Part shown: positions 58,401 to 64,000 of the stretch, piece by piece
Numbering within the stretch: the stretch's first letter is position 1
How the letters are laid out: each line of letters opens with the position of its first letter
NCBI GenBank assembly: GCA_964291495.2
Contig: OZ219868.1
Coordinates: forward strand, 1 to 64,000
Reading direction: 5' to 3'
DNA length: 64,000 bases
DNA from: Dehalococcoidia bacterium
GTDB lineage: Bacteria > Chloroflexota > Dehalococcoidia > UBA2979
The notes under the pieces: model-generated
Told to the model about the DNA's origin: nothing
Database searches by the model: none
What the model saw: the letters and a program-made list of their open reading frames with translations, nothing else
Program-made: the position numbers and the translations under genes

Positions 58401-59371
58401 GCGTCACGATTCTCTTCTGGCCGCCGTGGCGCCGCGGTCAGGAGGACTGGGCGCGACGCGTCGATGAGGCCCTGCCGGACGTCCGCACGCTCTCGCCCGC
58501 GGACACCGAGTCCGCCCTCGACGTGATCGGGGAGGCGGACGCGATCTTCGCGGAGAGCCGCATCTCCGAGGAGGCGCTCGCCGCTGCGACGAAGGTGCGC
58601 TGGATCCACTCGGCGATGGTCGCGCCGCCCCCTGGCTGGTACCACGACGCGCTGATCGAGCACCCGGCAACGGTCACGAATCCTCGAGGCGTCTACAACG
58701 ACCACATCAGCGTGCACATCATGTCCTTCGTCCTCTACTTCGCGCGCCAGCTGCACCGCTACGTGCCTCGCATCGCCGAGGCCCGCTGGGAGCCGGACCT
58801 CTCACGCAGCGGCGTCACCTACCTCGAGGAGTCGACCGTGCTGCTGATCGGCGTCGGCGAGATCGGCGCGGAGACCGCGCGCCTCCTCGGCGCTTTCGGC
58901 GCCACCGTCGTCGGCGTCGACGCGCGCCGTAGCGAGTTGACCGAGGGGCTGGCGGAACTGCACCCGCCCGAGGCGCTGGACGAGCTGTTGCCGCGCGCCG
59001 ACTTCGTGATCCTCACGGTGCCGCACACGCCGGAGACCGAGGGGATGATGAACGCCGCACGCTTCGAGGCGATGAAGGACACGGCCTACCTCGTGAACAT
59101 CGGTCGCGGTCCGACGGTGCGCCTCGACGATCTCAACGAGGCGCTGCGCGAGGGCCGGATCGGCGGGGCCGGCCTCGACGTGTACGAGATCGAGCCGCTG
59201 CCGGCGGAGCACCCGCTGTGGAGCGCCCCGAACGTGCTGCTCACGCCGCACGTCGCCGCCCACGGCCCGTACGTCGAGGAGCGGCGCTTCCAGGTCCTCC
59301 TCGAAAACTGCCGACGCTTCGCGGCCGGCGAGCCGCTCGAGAACATCGTCGACAAGGCGCGCTGGTTCTGA
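58397..59371 (+). CDS. D-2-hydroxyacid dehydrogenase
   Basis: IGVGEIG, P.TPET, NIGRG, LDV...EPLP, TPHVA. Confidence 0.92.
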   Translation: MSVTILFWPPWRRGQEDWARRVDEALPDVRTLSPADTESALDVIGEADAIFAESRISEEALAAATKVRWIHSAMVAPPPGWYHDALIEHPATVTNPRGVYNDHISVHIMSFVLYFARQLHRYVPRIAEARWEPDLSRSGVTYLEESTVLLIGVGEIGAETARLLGAFGATVVGVDARRSELTEGLAELHPPEALDELLPRADFVILTVPHTPETEGMMNAARFEAMKDTAYLVNIGRGPTVRLDDLNEALREGRIGGAGLDVYEIEPLPAEHPLWSAPNVLLTPHVAAHGPYVEERRFQVLLENCRRFAAGEPLENIVDKARWF

Positions 59372-59386
59372 GCGAGGGGGATCGAG

Positions 59387-60199
59387 ATGGCCGACGCGGG
59401 CGAGCCGGGAGTCTACAAGGTCTACGCCACGAAGTACGCGTGGCGCCCCGTCCGTCGAGGCGACCTGTTTCCCACCGGTGGCGGAGATCGCAGCGAGCAG
59501 GTCGGGATGGACTACTTCGTCTGGGCCGCGATCAGCCCGGAGCGCACCTTCGTCATCGACACGGGCTTCACCGCGGAGGAGGCCGAGCGGCGGGGCCGCA
59601 CGCCGCTGCGCCGCCCGGCGGAGGCGCTCGCGCTCGTCGGCGTGGATGCCGAGAGCGCCGAGGACGTGATCCTCACGCACTGTCACTACGACCACATCGG
59701 CACGGTCGACGACTTCCCGAACGCGCGGCTGCACCTCCAGGAGAGCGAGCTGCAGTTCGCCAGCGGGCGCTACATGCAGAACGCGAGCATCGGCCACTCG
59801 TTCAACGCCGAGGAGGTGACCGGCCTCGTGCGCGACGTGTTCAGCGGGCGGACCGTGCTGCACGACGGCGACGTCGAGCTCGCCGACGGCCTGAGCCTCC
59901 ACCTGCTAGGCGGCCATACCGGCGGCAACCAGGTGGTGCGCGTGCGCACCGCGCGCGGCTGGGTCGTGCTCGCCTCGGACGCCGCGCACTACTACGACCA
60001 GCTCGAGGATGGGGCGCTGTTCGCGATCGTCTTCGACGTCGGCAGGCTCGTGCGCGGCTACCAGCGGATGTACGAGCTGGGCGACTCGCCGCAGCACCTG
60101 GTACCGGGCCACGACCCGCGCGTGCTGCAACGCTATCCGGCGCCCTCGCCGGACCTCGAGGGCATCGTCGCGCGCCTCGACGTGCCGCCGCAGGGGTAG
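59387..60199 (+). CDS. Metallo-beta-lactamase fold hydrolase (AHL-lactonase-like family)
   Basis: IDTG, THCHYDHIG (HxHxDH), GHT.G, SDA.H, PGHD. Confidence 0.88.
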   Translation: MADAGEPGVYKVYATKYAWRPVRRGDLFPTGGGDRSEQVGMDYFVWAAISPERTFVIDTGFTAEEAERRGRTPLRRPAEALALVGVDAESAEDVILTHCHYDHIGTVDDFPNARLHLQESELQFASGRYMQNASIGHSFNAEEVTGLVRDVFSGRTVLHDGDVELADGLSLHLLGGHTGGNQVVRVRTARGWVVLASDAAHYYDQLEDGALFAIVFDVGRLVRGYQRMYELGDSPQHLVPGHDPRVLQRYPAPSPDLEGIVARLDVPPQG

Positions 60200-60378
60200 C
60201 TCCCGAGGGGTATCGGGTCCGGACTGGCGCGGATCGCCCCCGATGTGCGTACACTGGATCGGCGTCCAACACTCTTCGGGCGCATCACGAGGAGGCGCTC
60301 CGCGGCGGGGGAGCGCCTCCATCGCTATTCTCGGACCGTCGCAGCGAGGCTTGACAGCCGCTCTGTGCCCTGCCGAGC

Positions 60379-61878
60379 ATGAGCCGGCGACGCCCATCGC
60401 CCGACGATGAGCCGGAGACGCCGATGACCACGACCGCGCCTCGCTCCACGGAGTCACCCGCCGTCTCGCCGGGCATCGACGGCCTGCTCGACTGGGCCGT
60501 CGGCTACCGCCCGGACGAGACCGGCGAGGCGGCCACGCAGGTCCGCTACCTGCTGCTCGACCACGCCGCGAACGCGCTCGGCGGGCTCACGGCGGAGTCC
60601 TCGCGCCTCGTGCGGCGCTACGCCGCGGGCCGCGCGGGTGGCGTGCCCGCGCCCGGTGGCCATGAGTTGCTCGAGGAGTACGCCGCGTTCGTCGCGGGGG
60701 TGAGCGCGCACGCCCTCGAGAGCGACGACACGCACCAGGCCTCGTCCTCGCACCCCGGCTCGGCGGTCTTCCCCGCCGTGCTCGCGCTCGCGACCGTGGA
60801 GGGCGCGAGCTTCGAGGACGTCGTGGCGGCCAGCGTCGTGGGTTACGAGGTGATGGCCCGCATCGGCACGACCGCCACCGTGCAGGGCCAGTACGATCGC
60901 GGCTTCCACCCCACCGGCACCACCGGCGTCTTCGGCGCGGCGGCAGCAGCCTCGCGGCTGCTCGGCCTCGACGCCGCCGCGATGCGCTCGGCGCTCGGCA
61001 TCTCGCTGAGCCTCGCGGCGGGCTCGATGGCGTTCCTCGTCGACGGCGCGTGGACGAAGCGGCTGCACCCCGGCTGGGCGGCGCACGGCGGGCTCCTCGC
61101 CGCGCGGCTCGCCGCCGAGGGCTTTGCGGGGCCGCGAGACCCGATCTGCGGCCCGGACGGCTACCTGCACTCCTACAGCGACACTCCCGCCGGCGACGAC
61201 GCCGCGGAGCGCCTGACAGATGGCCTCGGCGTCGCGCCGCTGGCGATCGACCGCACGAGCATCAAGGCGCACGCCTGCTGCCGTTACAAGCAGGCGCCGA
61301 TCGACGCCGTCCTCGACCTCGTGGCCACGCACGAGATCGCGCCGGAGCAGGTCGCGCGCATCCGCGTCGGCGTGCTGGAGGCCGGCTGGAACATCATCGC
61401 GGCTCCCGAGGCGGACAAGCGCCGCCCGGCCTCGATCGTCGATGCGCAGTTCTCGATGCCGTTCGGGGCCGCCGTCGCGACGCTGCACCGCTCGGCGGGG
61501 ACGCGCCAGTACACGCCGGCGGTGATCACCTCGCCCGAGGTCGCGGCGCTGATGGACCGGGTCGAGTGCTACCGCTCGGACGACCTCGATGCGGCGTTCC
61601 CGGAGCGCTGGCCGGCCGAGGTCGTGATCGAGCTACGCGACGGCGGCAGCGTCTCGCGCCGCGTCGACTACCCCAAGGGCGACCCGGAGAATCCGCTGAG
61701 CCTGCCCGAGCTGGAGGCCAAGTTCCGCGATCTGACCGCCGGCGTCGTCACGCCCTCGGGCCAGTCGCAGGTGATCGAGGCGGCCGCGGCGCTCGGCGAG
61801 GGCGTCACGCCGTCGGCGTTCGCGGCACTGGTCGGCAGCGGCGCCATCCTCGAGGCCGCCGCGGCGGAGATCGGCTAG
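60379..61878 (+). CDS. MmgE/PrpD family protein
   Basis: HALE.DDTH, HP, GFHPTG, KRLH.G.AA, K.HACC, AQFS.PF, PKGDPENP; start may be 60424. Confidence 0.92.
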   Translation: MSRRRPSPDDEPETPMTTTAPRSTESPAVSPGIDGLLDWAVGYRPDETGEAATQVRYLLLDHAANALGGLTAESSRLVRRYAAGRAGGVPAPGGHELLEEYAAFVAGVSAHALESDDTHQASSSHPGSAVFPAVLALATVEGASFEDVVAASVVGYEVMARIGTTATVQGQYDRGFHPTGTTGVFGAAAAASRLLGLDAAAMRSALGISLSLAAGSMAFLVDGAWTKRLHPGWAAHGGLLAARLAAEGFAGPRDPICGPDGYLHSYSDTPAGDDAAERLTDGLGVAPLAIDRTSIKAHACCRYKQAPIDAVLDLVATHEIAPEQVARIRVGVLEAGWNIIAAPEADKRRPASIVDAQFSMPFGAAVATLHRSAGTRQYTPAVITSPEVAALMDRVECYRSDDLDAAFPERWPAEVVIELRDGGSVSRRVDYPKGDPENPLSLPELEAKFRDLTAGVVTPSGQSQVIEAAAALGEGVTPSAFAALVGSGAILEAAAAEIG

Positions 61879-61885
61879 CGCAGCA

Positions 61886-62665
61886 GTGCCGCGACCCGAG
61901 CGCTACGACTCGGCCGCGGCCGCCGTCGCCGACATCCCGGACGGCTCCTCGATCCTCGTCGCCGGCTTCCACGCGGGCGTGCCCTGGAACCTCGTGCAGG
62001 CGCTCTACGAGCAGGGCGCGAGGGACCTCGTCATGATCTCGACGACGGTGAACCGCCCGCTGCTCGACGAGGACGGGCGCGTGACGATCGCGGATCTCGT
62101 GCTGGCGGGTCGCGTGAGGAAGGTGATCGCCTCGTTCACGGCCGCGCCTCACCCGTCGCAGCCGAACGCCGCGGAGGACGTCTTCCGGGCGGGCGGGGCG
62201 GAGGCGGAGCTGGTCCCGCAGGGCACGGTCGCGGAGCGCATCCGCGCCGGCGGCGCGGGCATCCCGGCCTTCTACACCCCGGCCGGCGTCGGCAGCGCCT
62301 ACGCCGAGGGCCGCGAGCAGCGCGAGTTCGACGGGCGGACCTACGTCCTCGAGCGCGGCATCACCGCCGACTACGCCTTCGTCCGCGCGCAGCGCGCCGA
62401 CGAGGCAGGCAACCTCGTCTACCGCCGCGCCGCGCGCAACTTCAACCCGATCATGGCCACCGCCGGCCGCTGCACCATCGCCGAAGTGGACGACCCGATC
62501 CTGCCCGTTGGCTCCTTCGACCCCGACCAAGTGCACACACCCGGCGTCTATGTCGGGCGCCTCGTGCACATCGCCGAGGGCCGCATCGAGGCCCCGCGGC
62601 GGACGCGGCGCAGCGGGCGCGAGCTGGACCTCGACACACCCGAGGACACCGGAGGCGCCTCGTGA
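61886..62665 (+). CDS. Class I CoA-transferase subunit A (3-oxoacid CoA-transferase type)
   Basis: IPDGS.I..GF, VPQGT.AERIRAGGAGIPAF.TP.GVG, ARNFNP.MA.A, HTPG. Confidence 0.92.
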   Translation: MPRPERYDSAAAAVADIPDGSSILVAGFHAGVPWNLVQALYEQGARDLVMISTTVNRPLLDEDGRVTIADLVLAGRVRKVIASFTAAPHPSQPNAAEDVFRAGGAEAELVPQGTVAERIRAGGAGIPAFYTPAGVGSAYAEGREQREFDGRTYVLERGITADYAFVRAQRADEAGNLVYRRAARNFNPIMATAGRCTIAEVDDPILPVGSFDPDQVHTPGVYVGRLVHIAEGRIEAPRRTRRSGRELDLDTPEDTGGAS

Positions 62666-63345
62666 GCGGCGCCGCGAAGGAGCCGCTCAACCGCGAGCAG
62701 ATCGCCGCCGTGCTCGCCGGTCGCCTCGAGCGCGACTGGATCGTGAACCTCGGCGTTGGTATCCCCGTCCTCGGGTGCGACTTCGTCGACCTCGACGCGG
62801 GGATCGTGCTGTCCTCGGAGAACGGGCTGATCGGCTACGGCTGGCATGCTCCGCAGGGTCAGGAGGACCTCGACATCGTCTCGCCGGGGATGCAGTACGT
62901 GGTGCTGCAGCCCGGCGCAGCGATCGTCCACCACGCCGATGCCTTTGGCCTGATCCGCAGCGGGCGCGTCGATTGCTCCGTGCTCGGTGCGTACGAGGCA
63001 GCGGCCGACGGCTCGTTCGCGAACTGGACGCCGCACGCCGACGGGCGGACCGACCTCGGTGGCGTCGGCGGGGCGATGGATCTGACGCAGGGCGCGAAGC
63101 GCGTCTGGCTGACGATGTTCCACACCACGCCCGAGGGCGCTCCGCGGCTCGTCGAGCGCTGCACGCTGCCCGTCACGGGTGGCCGCCCCGCCTCGCTGGT
63201 GGTCACGGACCTCGCAGTCATCGAGGTCGGCGAGCGCGGCTTCGAGCTGCTGGAGCACGCGCCGGGCTACAGCGTCGAGGACATCCAGGCGGTCACGGCC
63301 GCGCCGCTGTCCGTCTCGCCCTCGCTGCGTCCGATGCCGGTGTAA
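62662..63345 (+). CDS. Class I CoA-transferase subunit B
   Basis: VNLGVGIP, SENG catalytic Glu, GGAMDL, CTLP.TG. Confidence 0.92.
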   Translation: MSGAAKEPLNREQIAAVLAGRLERDWIVNLGVGIPVLGCDFVDLDAGIVLSSENGLIGYGWHAPQGQEDLDIVSPGMQYVVLQPGAAIVHHADAFGLIRSGRVDCSVLGAYEAAADGSFANWTPHADGRTDLGGVGGAMDLTQGAKRVWLTMFHTTPEGAPRLVERCTLPVTGGRPASLVVTDLAVIEVGERGFELLEHAPGYSVEDIQAVTAAPLSVSPSLRPMPV

Positions 63346-63388
63346 GCGAGCGGGCACCAGTCAGGCTGGCCGCGATGGGAGGCTTCCG

Positions 63389-63814
63389 ATGAGCGACACC
63401 GAGGCGAACAAGGCGCTCGTGCAGCGCTTCTTCGAAGAGGTGATGAACGAGGGCAACCTCGATCTCGTCGATGAGATCTTCGCCCCTGAGTACGTGAACC
63501 GGCACGCCCACCCCGGCCAGCAGCCGGGACCGGACGGCGTGCGGCAGCTGGTCACGAACGTGCGCCGCGCCTTCCCCGACCTGGTCGAGACCGTCGACGA
63601 CCTCGTCGCCGAGGGCGACCGCGTCGGCCTCCGCCTGACGCTGCGCGGCACGCACCTGGGCGCCTTCCGCGGCGCCGAGGCGACCGGCAAGCGGGTCGAG
63701 GTGATGGGGATGGCGATCGTGCGCGTCGAGGACGATCGCATCGCCGAGGGCTGGTTCTTCTTCGACCGCGAGGCGATGTGGGAGCAGCTGGGGATCGACC
63801 CGCCGGCGCGGTAG
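63389..63814 (+). CDS. SnoaL-like ester cyclase family protein
   Basis: NKALV.RF.EEV.N.G, AFPDL, AEGDRV, GTH.G.F.G..ATGK, QLG. Confidence 0.9.
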   Translation: MSDTEANKALVQRFFEEVMNEGNLDLVDEIFAPEYVNRHAHPGQQPGPDGVRQLVTNVRRAFPDLVETVDDLVAEGDRVGLRLTLRGTHLGAFRGAEATGKRVEVMGMAIVRVEDDRIAEGWFFFDREAMWEQLGIDPPAR

Positions 63815-63820
63815 GAGTGC

Positions 63821-63894
<74 letters not shown>

Positions 63895-64000
63895 CCACCG
63901 CGTAACGCCCGCCGAGGCGGGCGCATCCCCTCGATCCTACCATCGGCGGCCGGGCCGGGTGCACCGCCCGTTCAACCCGAATCCCGCCCCGGCGCGGTAT

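Overview
High-GC bacterial chromosome segment. Gene content and lipoprotein style suggest Chloroflexota (Dehalococcoidia/SAR202-like), but this is inference only. The left half is mostly housekeeping: tig-clpP-clpX (with many indels that look like read errors near a contig end), tlyA-nadK, an E. coli-type frdABCD, fumC, mdh, icd, an acyl-CoA carboxylase beta subunit, rplY, rlmN, fmt, secG, yvcK, gatB, bioY and tRNA-Leu(UAA). The right half is a dense catabolic/redox region with enoyl-CoA hydratases, a double hot-dog dehydratase, five class III CoA-transferase domains, a class I CoA-transferase pair and MmgE/PrpD, ending with tRNA-Cys(GCA). The main hidden items are: (1) a selenoprotein that the ORF track splits in two, where an in-frame UGA at 42842-42844 (-) in the motif C-D-U-G-S-C, followed by a bacterial SECIS-like hairpin, joins a UGSC domain to a ~400-aa partner domain (550 aa total) just upstream of an aldo-keto reductase; (2) a compositionally atypical two-gene cassette of a winged-helix protein and a MORC/Hsp90-like GHKL ATPase (46117-48830), a candidate defence or DNA-transaction system; (3) an orphan restriction-endonuclease-like gene plus a DUF2188 islet between fumC and mdh; (4) two paralogous unannotated 54/56-aa membrane microproteins after frdD; (5) a ~660-bp duplicated block of palindromic repeats plus a gene 3' end that flanks a ~1-kb insert; (6) a recurrent leaderless-promoter signature. 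All identifications come from motif recognition by eye; no database searches were run.
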